DNA from: Pecten maximus
Lineage: Eukaryota
Assembly (NCBI RefSeq): GCF_902652985.1
Contig: NC_047025.1
Location: forward strand, 20,088,001-20,152,000
DNA length: 64,000 nt
Reading direction: 5' to 3'
Shown: positions 1-11,803 of the stretch, in pieces
How the letters are laid out: the number at the start of each line of letters is the position of its first letter
Numbering within the stretch: position 1 is the stretch's first letter
Made by a program: the position numbers and the translations under genes
Notes under the pieces: model-generated
Told to the model about the DNA's origin: nothing
The model's input: the letters and a program-made list of their open reading frames with translations, nothing else
Database searches by the model: none

Positions 1-304
1 TGTAATTAAGTTGGGGAAATGAAAGTCAACATCCCCTCGTTCATGTGATGGAACGGTAGAGACACGTGGTAAAAAACAAAACGAATATTGTTCAGCAGAT
101 ATTGTAAGAATTTAGTCTCAACAGCTGTGTTATACAAAAAATGTGTAATAATTCGTTAGTCTGTCTATAAAATAGGATGAAGTATCAAAACGGCGTAGCT
201 ATAATACCTCACATGATCAAATAAGGAATGTCCTTTAGTATTCTCCAAAGCCACAAATCACCGAATTACGTAGTTCACGTAGATCGGAAGGACGATCATT
301 TGGG

Positions 305-790
305 TCAGGCTTGCCCTTCCATGATGACGTCAGCACACTGGTAGAAGACGGCAGGTGCCGCTTTGTTGTTTGTGACGTAAGATGTTTGTAGCACGTAAAT
401 TTGCCTGGAGACGAGGTCTGATGGGATGGTGACGTTGACGGAGTAAAGGGTCAAGGACGGCTCCCCAGCATCCGGAACAGTGGTCAGAACTTTCATTTGT
501 GTGCCCTGTCTCTCCTGGCCAATAGAAACGTGGAATGCCCCTGGAGTGGCCTTGTCGTAGTGGTCAAGGTTCTTCTGGAACGTCACGGTGAAGTTGGATC
601 CAATCTTCAGCCCCATGACGGGATGTCCCGCTGGCCGGCCACCACACCTTGCAGTGGTCAGTATACAGTCATTGGCCCCAGCCTTGTTGATCCCGATCAT
701 GGAACCTCTCTGGGGTGGACTCAGCATACACATGTGGGCATTGCAGACTTCCAGCACGATGGCAATAGTGACAGCCGCCAGGAATTTCAT
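305..790 (-). CDS. Secreted LPMO-like (histidine-brace) putative copper-binding protein, paralog A, 161 aa, single coding exon
   Basis: ATG at 790 opens an 18-aa signal-like peptide MKFLAAVTIAIVLEVCNA, followed by HMCMLSPPQRG...RCGG...FQKNLDHY...FYQCADV. It aligns without gaps to the paralog at 11324-11803. The ORF-track start at 850 is a non-ATG extension. Confidence 0.85.
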   Translation of the reverse strand: MKFLAAVTIAIVLEVCNAHMCMLSPPQRGSMIGINKAGANDCILTTARCGGRPAGHPVMGLKIGSNFTVTFQKNLDHYDKATPGAFHVSIGQERQGTQMKVLTTVPDAGEPSLTLYSVNVTIPSDLVSRQIYVLQTSYVTNNKAAPAVFYQCADVIMEGQA

Positions 791-1920
791 GATTGCAAGA
801 TGGTTGCTTTCGGACTGATGGGAGACAATGCGGGGCTTGTTTCGAAACAAAAGAAAAGATAGTGTGCTGGGGTCTTAATACTTCCACTGTAAATGACCTT
901 GACAGATATGTATGATCGGCCCACCTTATGTAAGCGGCGTTATCGTCATTTTTGGAATAAGGTCATCCATTGAATACTGTCTCTTATCATGAAGTCGCAC
1001 AAGCGGCCTAACTACTGATGTACTCCGAACGTAATTGATAAGAATAAAATCTATTTTGGAAAGTTCAGTGGGAAATGTGGAATGAGGTTAGCTGGGGATC
1101 CTAATGTGTGTACCAATAAATATTGCTTTAGAAGCCTTGACACAAGATTTCAACCGAAAATGATCCCAGTCTAGACAAATCTATTGCTTTGTACATCATT
1201 TCAGACAAGACAATTTGCACATCAATCAGTATGTAATATGACCTGGCGTATGGGTAAAATAGACGGCTTTTTGGATAATAATGCTCTATTTTTATTATAA
1301 AAATATGAGGTATGTATAGAATGGTCCTTTGTACGTTGAATTATTCAATCAGTTATCTGAAAAACTCATATTTATAGCCAGAATCGTCGACTTTCTGACC
1401 TCTCGTGTCTTGAAATCACGTGACCGTCTGTACCTGGTGAACGTACGTGACTGCCGTTCTTGTCTAGGATTTTGTGATTCGTTGCAAAATTGATAACAAT
1501 TATATCGGTACAAGTCGGCTAAAGATATGTCATGTGAAAATCATATGTGACTTACACTGCCAGTCTTTCCTTAACTAGATGTACACACGTCAGGCCTCTA
1601 TCATCTCTGGAGAGTAATAGAAGGACGAAACATCAGTTCTTCAATATATATACACTGTACCTTATTATTATTTAAAGGTACTTATCACTTTAAGCCTTTT
1701 CAATAAGCGTTGAAATTTCTTATGAATATCGGCTACGGTTCAGAATACACTCATAAAATTTAATTATCAAGAAAATTAGCTTAATAAAAAAACACATTAA
1801 CTTATGAAATAATTTAATTAATAAGAGGATTACATTATAATACTTGTCTAACCTTATTTTGATTTTCTATACGTAGTTAAGATTCCGCATCCACTGTATT
1901 CATCTACATTCATATCTATA

Positions 1921-4900
1921 TCCCCTATAAGTAGATGTAGAGTAAAGTAACAGTTCCCCTGTAAGTAGATGTAGGGTACAGTAACAGTTCCCCTGTAAGT
2001 AGATGTTGGGTACAGTAACAGTTCCCCTGTATGTAGATGTAGGGTACAGTAACAGTTCCCCTGTAAGTAGATGTAGGGTACAGTAACAGTTCCCCTGTAA
2101 GTAGATGTAGGGTACAGTAACAGTTCCCCTGTAGGTAGATGTAGGGTACAGTAACAGTTCCCCTGTAAGTAGATGTAGGGTACAGTAACAGTTCCCCTGT
2201 AAGTAGATGTAGGGTACAGTAACAGTTCCCCTGTAATTAGATGTAGGGTACAGTAACAGTTTCCCTGTAAGTAGATGTAGGGTACAGTAACAGTTCCCCT
2301 GTAAGAAGATATAGGGTACAGTAACAGTTCCCCTGTAGGTAGATGTAGGGTACAGTAACAGTTCCCCTGTAGGTAGATGTAGGGTACAGTAACAGTTCCC
2401 CTGTAAGTAGATGTTGGGTACAGTAACAGTTCCCCTATAAGTAGATGTTGGGTACAGTAACAGTTCCCCTATAAGTAGATGTAGGGTACAGTAACAGTTC
2501 CTCTGTAGGTAGATGTGGGGTACAGTAACAGTTCCCCTGTAAGTAGATCTAGGGTACAGTAACAGTTCCCCTGTAAGTAGATGTAGGGTACAGTAACAGT
2601 TCCCCTGTAAGTAGATGTAGAGTAAAGTAACAGTTCCCCTGTAAGTAGATGTAGGGTACAGTAACAGTTCCCCTGTAGGTAGATGTAGGGTACAGTAACA
2701 GTTCCCCTGTAAGTAGATGTTGGGTACAGTAACAGTTCCCCTATAAGTAGATGTGGGGTACAGTAACAGTTCCCCTGTAAGTAGATGTAGGGTACAGTAA
2801 CAGTTCCCCTGTAAGTAGATGTAGGGTACAGTAACAGTTCCCCTGTAAGTAGATGTAGAGTAAAGTAACAGTTCCCCTGTAAGTAGATGTAGGGTACAGT
2901 AACAGTTCCCCTGTAGGTAGATGTAGGGTATAGTAACAGTTCCCCTGTAAGTAGATGTTGGGTACAGTAACAGTTCCCCTGTAAGTAGATATAGGGTACA
3001 GTAACAGTTCCCCTGTAAGTAGATGTAGGGTACAGTAACAGTTCCCCTGTAAGTAGATGTAGGGTACAGTAATAGTTCCCCTGTAAGAAGATGTAGGGTA
3101 CAGTAACAGTTTTCCTGTAAGTAGATATAGGGTACAGTAACAGTTCCCCTGTAAGTAGATGTAGGGTACAGTAACAGTTTCCCTGTAAGTAGATGTAGAG
3201 TAAAGTAACAGTTCCCCTGTAAGTAGATATAGGGTACAGTAACAGTTCCCCTGTAAGTAGATGTAGGGTACAGTAACAGTTTCCCTGTAAGTAGATGTAG
3301 GGTACAGTAACAGTTCCCCTGTAAGAAGATGTAGGGTACAGTAACAGTTCCCCTGTAAGTAGATGTAGGGTACAGTAACAGTTCCCCTGTAAGTAGATGT
3401 AGGGTACAGTAACAGTTCCCCTGTAAGTAGATGTGGGGTACAGTAACAGTTCCCCTGTAAGTAGATGTAGAGTACAGTAACAGTTCCCCTGTAAGTAGAT
3501 GTAGGGTACAGTAACAGTTCCCCTGTAAGTAGATGTAGGGTACAGTAACAGTTCCCCTGTAGGTAGATGTGGGGTACAGTAACAGTTCCCCTGTAAGTAG
3601 ATGTAGGGTACAGTAACAGTCCCCCTGTAAGTAGATGTAGGGTACAGTAACAGTTCCCCTGTAAGTAGATGTGGGGTACAGTAACAGTTCCCATGTAAGT
3701 AGATGTAGGGTACAGTAACAGTTCCCCTGTAAGTAGATGTGGGGTACAGTAACAGTTCCCCTGTAAGTAGATGTAGGGTACAGTTACAGTTCCCCTGTAG
3801 GTAGATGTGGGGTACAGTAACAGTTCCCATGTAGGTAGATGTAGGGTACAGTAACAGTTCCCCTGTAAGTAGATGTAGGGTACAGTAACAGTTCCCCTGT
3901 AAGTAGATGTAGGGTACAGTAACAGAACCACTGTAAGTAGATGTAGGGTACAGTAACAGTCCCCCTGTAAGTAGATGTAGGGTACAGTAACAGTCCCCCT
4001 GTAAGTAGATGTAGGGTAGAGTAACAGTTCCCCTGTAAGTAGATGTGGGGTACAGTAACAGTTCCCCTGTAAGTAGATGTAGAGTACAGTAACAGTTCCC
4101 CTGTAAATAGGTGTAGGGTACAGTAACAGTTCCCCTGTAAGTAGATGTAGGGTACAGTAACAGTTCCCCTGTAAGTAGATGTAGGGTACAGTAACAGTTC
4201 CCCTGTATGTAGATGTAGGGTACAGTAACAGTTCCCCTGTAAGTAGATGTAGAGTACAGTAACAGTTCCCCTGTAAGTAGATGTAGGGTACAGTAACAGT
4301 TCCCCTGTAAGTAGATGTAGGGTACAGTAACAGTTCCCCTGTAAGAAGATGTAGGGTACAGTAACAGTTCCCCTGTAAGTAGATGTAGGGTACAGTAACA
4401 GTTCCCCTGTAAGTAGATGTAGGGTACAGTAACAGTTCCCCTGTAAGTAGATGTGGGGTACAGTAACAGTTCCCCTGTAAGTAGATGTAGAGTACAGTAA
4501 CAGTTCCCCTGTAAGTAGATAAAGGGTACAGTAACAGTTCCCCTGTAAGTAGATATAGGGTACAGTAACAGTTCCCCTGTAAGTAGATGTAGGGTACAGT
4601 AACAGTCCCCCTGTAAGTAGATGTAGGGTACAGTAACAGTTCCCCTGTAGGTAGATGTAGGGTACAGTAACAGTTCCTCTGTAAGTAGATGTAGGGTACA
4701 GTAACAGTCCCCCTGTAAGTAGATGTAGGGTACAGTAACAGTTCCCCTGTAAGTAGATGTAGGGTACAGTAACAGTTCCCCTGTAAGTAGATGTAGAGTA
4801 AAGTAACAGTTCCCCTGTAGGTAGATGTAGGGTACAGTAACAGTTCCCCTGTAAGTAGATGTAGGGTACAGTAACAGTTCCCCTGTAAGTAGATGTAGGG

Positions 4901-7900
4901 TACAGTAACAGTTCCCCTGTAAGTAGATGTAGGGTACAGTAACAGTTCCCCTGTAAGTAGATGTAGGGTACAGTAACAGTTCCCCTGTAGGTAGATGTGG
5001 GGTACAGTAACAGTTCCCCTGTAAGTAGATGTAGGGTACAGTAACAGTCCCCCTGTAAGTAGATGTAGGGTACAGTAACAGTTCCCCTGTAAGTAGATGT
5101 GGGGTACAGTAACAGTTCCCATGTAAGTAGATGTAGGGTACAGTAACAGTTCCCCTGTAAGTAGATGTGGGGTACAGTAACAGTTCCCCTGTAAGTAGAT
5201 GTAGGGTACAGTTACAGTTCCCCTGTAGGTAGATGTGGGGTACAGTAACAGTTCCCATGTAGGTAGATGTAGGGTACAGTAACAGTTCCCCTGTAAGTAG
5301 ATGTAGGGTACAGTAACAGTTCCCCTGTAAGTAGATGTAGGGTACAGTAACAGTACCCCTGTAAGTAGATGTAGGGTACTGTAACAGTCCCCCTGTAAGT
5401 AGATGTAGGGTACAGTAACAGTCCCCCTGTAAGTAGATGTAGGGTAGAGTAACAGTTCCCCTGTAAGTAGATGTGGGGTACAGTAACAGTTCCCCTGTAA
5501 GTAGATGTAGAGTACAGTAACAGTTCCCCTGTAAATAGGTGTAGGGTACAGTAACAGTTCCCCTGTAAGTAGATGTAGGGTACAGTAACAGTTCCCCTGT
5601 AAGTAGATGTAGGGTACAGTAACAGTTCCCCTGTATGTAGATGTAGGGTACAGTAACAGTTCCCCTGTAAGTAGATGTAGAGTACAGTAACAGTTCCCCT
5701 GTAAGTAGATGTAGGGTACAGTAACAGTTCCCCTGTAAGTAGATGTAGGGTACAGTAACAGTTCCCCTGTAAGTACATGTAGGGTACAGTAACAGTTCCA
5801 CTGTAAGTAGATGTAGGGCACAGTAACAGTTCCCTGTAAGTAGATGTAGGGTACAGTAACAGTCCCCCTGTAAGTAGATGTAGGGTACAGTAACAGTCCC
5901 CCTGTAAGTAGATGTAGGGTACAGTAACAGTTCCTCTGTAAGTAGATGTAGGGTACAGTAACAGTTCCCCTGTAAGTAGTTGTAGGGTACAGTAACAGTC
6001 CCCTGTAAGTAGATGTAGGGTACAGTAACAGTTCCCCTGTAAGTAGATGTAGGGTACAGTAACAGTTCCCCTGTATGTAGATGTAGGGTAATAGTTCCCC
6101 TGTAAGTAGATGTGGGGTACAGTAACAGTTCCCCTGTAAGTAGATGTAGGGTACAGTAACAGTTCCCCTGTAAGTAGATGTAGGGTACAGTAACAGTTCC
6201 CCTGTATGTAGATGTAGGGTAATAGTTCCCCTGTAAGTAGATGTAGGGTACAGTAACAGTTCCCCTATAAGTAGATGTAGGGTACAGTAACAGTTCCCCT
6301 ATAAGTAGATGTCTGGTACAGTAACAGTTCCCCTGTAAGTAGATGTAGGGTAGAGTAACAGTTCCCCTGTAAGTAGATGTAGGGTACAGTCACAGTTCCC
6401 CTGTAAGTAGATGTAGGGTACAGTAACATTTCCCCTGTAAGTAGATGTGGGGTACAGTAACAGTTCCCCTGTAAGTAGATGTAGGGTACAGTAACAGTTC
6501 CCCTGTAGGTAGATGTAGGGCACAGTAACAGTACCCCTGTAAGTAGATGTAGGGTACAGTAACAGTCCCCCTGTAGGTAGATGTAGGGTACAGTAACAGT
6601 TCCCCTGTAAGTAGTTGTAGGGTACAGTAACAGTTCCCCTGTAGGTAGATGTAGGGTAGAGTAACAGTTCCCCTGTAAGTAGATGTAGGGTAGAGTAACA
6701 GTTCCCCTGTAAGTAGATGTAGGGTACAGTAACAGTTCCCCTGTAAGTAGATGTAGGGTACAGTAACAGTTCCCCTGTAAGTAGATGTAGGATACAGTAA
6801 CAGTTCCTCTGTAAGTAGATGTGGGGTACAGTAACAGTTCCCCTGTAAGTAGATGTAGGGTACAGTAACAGTTCCCCTGTAAGTAGTTGTAGGGTAGAGT
6901 AACAGTTCCCCTGTAAGTAGATGTGGGGTACAGTAACATATCCCCTGTAAGTAGATGTAGAGTACAGTAACAGTTCCCCTGTAGGTAGATATAGGGTACA
7001 ATAACAGTTCCCCTGTAAGTAGATGTTGGGTACAGTAACAGTTCCCCTGTATGTAGATAACAGTTCCCTGTAAGTAGATATAGGGTACAGTAACAGTTCC
7101 CCTGTAAGAAGATGTAGGGTACAGTAACAGTTCCCCTGTAAGTAGATGTAGGGTACAGTAAAAGATCCCCTGTAAGTAGATGTAGGGTACAGTAACAGTT
7201 CCCCTGTAAGTAGTTGTAGGGTAGAGTAACAGTTCCCCTGTAGGTAGATGTAGGGTACAGTAACAGTTCCCCTGTAAGTAGATGTAGGGTACAGTAACAG
7301 TCCCTCTGTAAGTAGATGTAGGGTACAGTAACAGTTCCCCTGTAAGTAGATGTAGAGTACAGTAACAGTTCTCCTGTAAGTAGTTGTAGGGCACAGTAAC
7401 AGTTCCTCTGTAAGTAGATGTAGGGTACAGTAACAGTTCCCCTGTAGGTAGATGTAGGGCACAGTAACAGTTCCCCTGTAAGTAGTTGTAGAGTACAGTA
7501 ACAGTTCCCCTGTAAGTAGATGTAGAGTACAGTAACAGTTCCCCTGTAAGTAGATGTAGGGTAGAGTAACAGTTCCCCTGTAAGTAGATGTAGGGTACAG
7601 TAACAGTTCCCCTGTAAGTAGATATAGGGTACAGTAACAGTTCCCCTGTAGGTAGATGTAGGGTACAGTAACAGTTCCCCTGTAAGTAGATGTAGGGTAC
7701 AGTAACAGTTCCCCTATAAGTAGATGTAGGGTACAGTAATAGTTCCCCTGTAAGTAGATGTAGGGTACAGTAACAGTTCCCCTGTAAGTAGATGTAGGGT
7801 ACAGTAACAGTTCCCCTGTAAGTAGATGTAGGGTACAGTAACAGTTCCCCTGTAAGTAGATGTAAGGTACAGTAACAGTTCCCCTGTAAGTAGATGTGGG

Positions 7901-10900
7901 GTACAGTAACAGTTCCCCTGTAAGTAGATGTAGGGTACAGTAATAGTTCCCCTGTAAGTAGATGTAGGGTACAGTAACAGTTCCCCTGTAAGTAGATGTG
8001 GGGTACAGTAACAGTTCCCCTGTAAGTAGATGTAGGGTACAGTAACAGTTCCCCTGTAAGTAGATGTAGGGTACAGTAACAGTTCCCCTGTAAGTAGATG
8101 TAGGGTACAGTAACAGTTCCCCTGTAGGTAGATGTAGGGTACAGTAACAGTTCCCCTGTAAGTAGATGTAGGGTACAGTAACAGTTCCCCTGTAAGTAGA
8201 TGTAGGGTACAGTAACAGTTCCCCTGTAAGTAAGTGTAGGGTACAGTAACAGTTCCCCTGTAAGTAGATGTTGGGTACAGTAACAGTTCCCCTGTAAGTA
8301 GATGTAGGGTACAGTAACAGTTCCCCTGTAAGTAGATGTAGGGTACAGTAGCAGTTCCCCTGTAAGTAGATGTAGGGTCGAGTAACAGTTCCCCTGTAGG
8401 TAGATGTAGGGTACAGTAACAGTTCCCCTATAAGTAGATGTAGGGTACAGTGACAGTTCCCCTGTAAGTAGATGTAGGGTACAGTAACAGTTCCCCTGTA
8501 AGTAGATGTAGGATACAGTAACAGTTCCCCTGTAAGTAGATGTAGGGTACAGTAACAGTTCCCCTGTAGGTAGATGTAGGGTACAGTAACAGTTCCCCTG
8601 TAGGTAGATGTAGGGTACAGTGACAGTTCCCCTGTAAGTAGATGTAGGGTACAGTAACAGTTCCCCTGTAGGTAGATGTAGGGTACAGTAACAGTTCCCC
8701 TGTAAGTAGATGTGGGGTACAGTAACCGTTCCCCTGTAAGTAGATGTAGGGTACAGTAACAGTTCCCCTGTAAGTAGATGTAGGGTACAGTGACAGTTCC
8801 CCTGTAAGTAGATGTGGGGTACAGTAACAGTTCCCCTTTATGTAGATGTAGGGTAGAGTAACAGTTCCCCTGTAAGTAGATGTAGGGTACAGTAACAGTT
8901 CCCCTGTAAGTAGATGTGGGGTACAGTAACAGTTCCCCTGTAAGTAGATGTGGGGTACAGTAACCGTTCCCCTGTAAGTAGATGTAGGGTACAGTAACAG
9001 TTCCCCTGTAAGTAGATGTAGGGTACAGTAACAGTTCCCCTGTAAGTAGATGTAGGATACAGTAACAGTTCCCCTGTAAGTAGATGTAGGGTACAGTAAC
9101 AGTTCCCCTGTAGGTAGATGTAGGATACAGTCACAGTTCCCCTGTAGGTAGATGTAGGATACAGTCACAGTTCCCCTGTAAGTAGATGTGGGGTACAGTA
9201 ACAGTTCTCCTGTAGGTAGATGTAGGATACAGTCACAGCTCCCCTGTAAGTAGATGTAGAGTACAGTAACAGTTCCCCTGTAAGTAGATGTAGGATACAG
9301 TAACAGTTCCCCTGTAAGTAGATGTAGGGTAGAGTAACAGTTCCACTGTAAGTAGATGTAGGGTACAGTAACAGTTCCCCTGTAAGTAGTTGTAGGGTAC
9401 AGTAACAGTTCCCCTGTATGTAGATGTAGGGTACAGTAACAGTTCCCCTGTATGTAGATGTAGGGTACAGTAACAGCTCCCCTGTAAGTAGATGTAGGGT
9501 ACAGTAAATGTTCCCCTGTAAGTAGATGTAGGGTACAGTCACAGCTCCCCTGTAAGTAGATGTAGAGTACAATAACAGTTCCCCTGTAAGTAGATGTAGG
9601 GTACAGTAACAGTTCCCCTGTAAGTAGATGTGGGGTACAGTAACAGTTCCCCTGTAAGTAGATGTAGAGTACAGTAACAGTTCCCCTGTAAGTAGATGTA
9701 GGATACAGTAACAGTTCCCCTGTAGGTAGATGTAGGATACAGTCACAGTTCCCCTGTAGGTAGATGTAGGATACAGTCACAGTTCCCCTGTAAGTAGATG
9801 TGGGGTACAGTAACAGTTCCCCTGTAGGTAGATGTAGGATACAGTCACAGCTCCCCTGTAAGTCGATGTAGAGTACAGTAACAGTTCCCCTGTAAGTAGA
9901 TGTAGGTTACAGTAACAGTTCCCCCGTAAGTAGATGTAGGGTAGAGTAACAGTTCCACTGTAAGTAGATGTAGGGTACAGTAACAGTTCCCCTGTAAGTA
10001 GTTGTAGGGTACAGTAACAGTTCCCCTGTATGTAGATGTAGGGTACAGTAACAGCTCCCCTGTAAGTAGATGTAGGGTACAGTAACAGTTCCCCTGTAAG
10101 TAGATGTAGGGTACAGTAACAGTCCCCCTGTAAGTAGATGTAGGGTACAGTAACAGTTCCCCTGTAGGTAGATGTAGGGTACAATAACAGTTTCCCTGTA
10201 AGTAGATGTAGGGTACAGTAACAGTTCCCCTGTAAGTAGATGTGGGGTACAGTAACAGTTCCCCTGTAAGTAGATGTAGGGTACAGTAACAGTTCCCCTG
10301 TATGTAGATAACAGTTCCCTGTAAGTAGATATAGGGTACAGTAACAGTTCCCCTGTAAGTAGATGTAGGGTACAGTAACAGTTCCCCAGTAAGTAGATGT
10401 GGGGTACAGTAACAGTTCCCCTGTAAGTAGATGTAGGGTACAGTAACAGTTCCCCTGTAAGTAGATGTAGGGTACAGTAACAGTTCCTCTGTAAGTAGAT
10501 GTAGGGTACAGTAACAGTTCCCCTGTAAGTAGATGTAGGGTACAGTAACAGTTCCCCTGTAAGTAGTTGTAGGGTAGAGTAACAGTTCCCCTGTAGGTAG
10601 ATGTAGGGTACAGTAACAGTTCCCCTGTAAGTAGATGTAGGGTACAGTAACAGTTCCTCTGTAAGTAGATGTGGGGTACAGTAACAGTTCCCCTGTAAGC
10701 AGATGTAGGGTACAGTAACAGTTCCCCTGTAAGTAGTTGTAGGGTAGAGTAACAGTTCCCCTGTAAGTAGATGTGGGGTACAGTAACATATCCCCTGTAA
10801 GTAGATGTAGGGTACAGTAACAGTTCCCCTGTAGGTAGATGTAGGGTACAGTAACAGTTCCCTTGTAGGTAGATGTAGAGTACAGTAACAGTTCCCCTGT

Positions 10901-10916
10901 AATTAGATGTAGGGTA
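1921..10916. repeat. 34-bp tandem satellite, about 265 copies (GTAACAGTTCCCCTGTAAGTAGATGTAGGGTACA)
   Basis: Unit directly visible; same phase at 1981 and 3001 (1020 = 30x34). Degenerate copies continue to about 11000. Confidence 0.98.
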
Positions 10917-11188
10917 CTCTGATGTGTACGGTTACTGTGCCCCTGTCAGTATATTTTGGGTACCCTAAGGGGTTGAGTAACAGTTCCCATATCAGTAGAT
11001 TGTCAGAAGATGCCCAATGGTAAACGTCACCCATGGATGTCATACGTATAAGATGTGTCATCAACTGGTCGTCGGCTCGCGTATCTCCTTCACTGACGCT
11101 GACCTTCTGATTTGTGTTTGTACAATCAAATGCTAGGTATCATTGGTTTTAGACATATGACACTGAATTCTTCTTTTTATGTAAACAA

Positions 11189-11194
11189 TTTATT
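11189..11194 (-). terminator. Putative polyadenylation signal (AATAAA) of paralog B
   Basis: TTTATT on the + strand about 130 nt downstream of the stop codon at 11324. Confidence 0.5.
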
Positions 11195-11323
11195 TTGATT
11201 AAAATAACAACTTTCAAACAATAAACCAGCGACTCTAGTCCAACATTCACAGAAATAACCCTACACAAGCTTACATATTGTCACAATACCGGTCAAACAC
11301 CACTGTCTCTTTTTCCAGCTGCT

Positions 11324-11803
11324 TTATTCGTTGACCATGATGTCTGCGCACTGGAAGAATTCTGGAGGTGCCTGAGGGTTGTTGGTGATATAGGCAGAAT
11401 GCATAATGTACTCTCTCCTTGGTTCAAGGTCCATAGGAATGGTAACGTTGACTGAGTACACGGTCAAAGATGGCTCCCCGGCATCAGGGATATTGGCAAG
11501 CACGTTCAGTTTGGTTCCTCCTCGCTCTGACCCAATAGAAACAGTGAAACTTCCTGGTGTCGCCGCAACGTAATGGTCAAGGTTTTTCTGGAACGAAACG
11601 GTGAAGTTTTGTCCCCTTCGTAGTCCCATGACAGGCATGCCCCGGGGTCTTCCACCACACCTGGGTGTGGTCAGAACGCAGTCGCTGGAACCCGCCTTGT
11701 TTAGATTTAACATCGAACCTCGTTGTGGAGGGCTGATCATGCACATATGGGCGCAGCATACTTCCAGCACCACGGCAGCTATAACAGCAGTAAGCAAATT
11801 CAT
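11324..11803 (-). CDS. Secreted LPMO-like (histidine-brace) putative copper-binding protein, paralog B, 159 aa, single coding exon
   Basis: ATG at 11803 opens signal-like MNLLTAVIAAVVLEVCCA, then HMCMISPPQRG...PRCGG...FQKNLDHY...FFQCADI. About 66% identical to paralog A over 141 mature residues (hand count). Confidence 0.85.
   Translation of the reverse strand: MNLLTAVIAAVVLEVCCAHMCMISPPQRGSMLNLNKAGSSDCVLTTPRCGGRPRGMPVMGLRRGQNFTVSFQKNLDHYVAATPGSFTVSIGSERGGTKLNVLANIPDAGEPSLTVYSVNVTIPMDLEPRREYIMHSAYITNNPQAPPEFFQCADIMVNE

Noticed and set aside
791-850. N-terminal extensions in the ORF track (850, 11899, 26777, 15409)
   Set aside because: They begin at non-ATG codons; signal peptides and paralog alignment start at the downstream ATG, and the LINE ORF is simply 5'-truncated.
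497-887. ORFs overlapping paralog A (also 11577-11855 over paralog B and 26200-26662 over ASB)
   Set aside because: Antisense or alternate-frame shadows of real CDSs; their mutual similarity follows from the paralogy.
2469-10789. Very long minus-strand ORFs (up to 1110 aa) with a 34-aa period
   Set aside because: By-product of a stop-free 34-bp satellite: all three frames are open, most starts are non-ATG, and indels ignore frame.
1921-10916. CRISPR-like array (repeat length about 34 bp)
   Set aside because: Units are head-to-tail with no unique spacers, there are no cas genes, and the context is eukaryotic.
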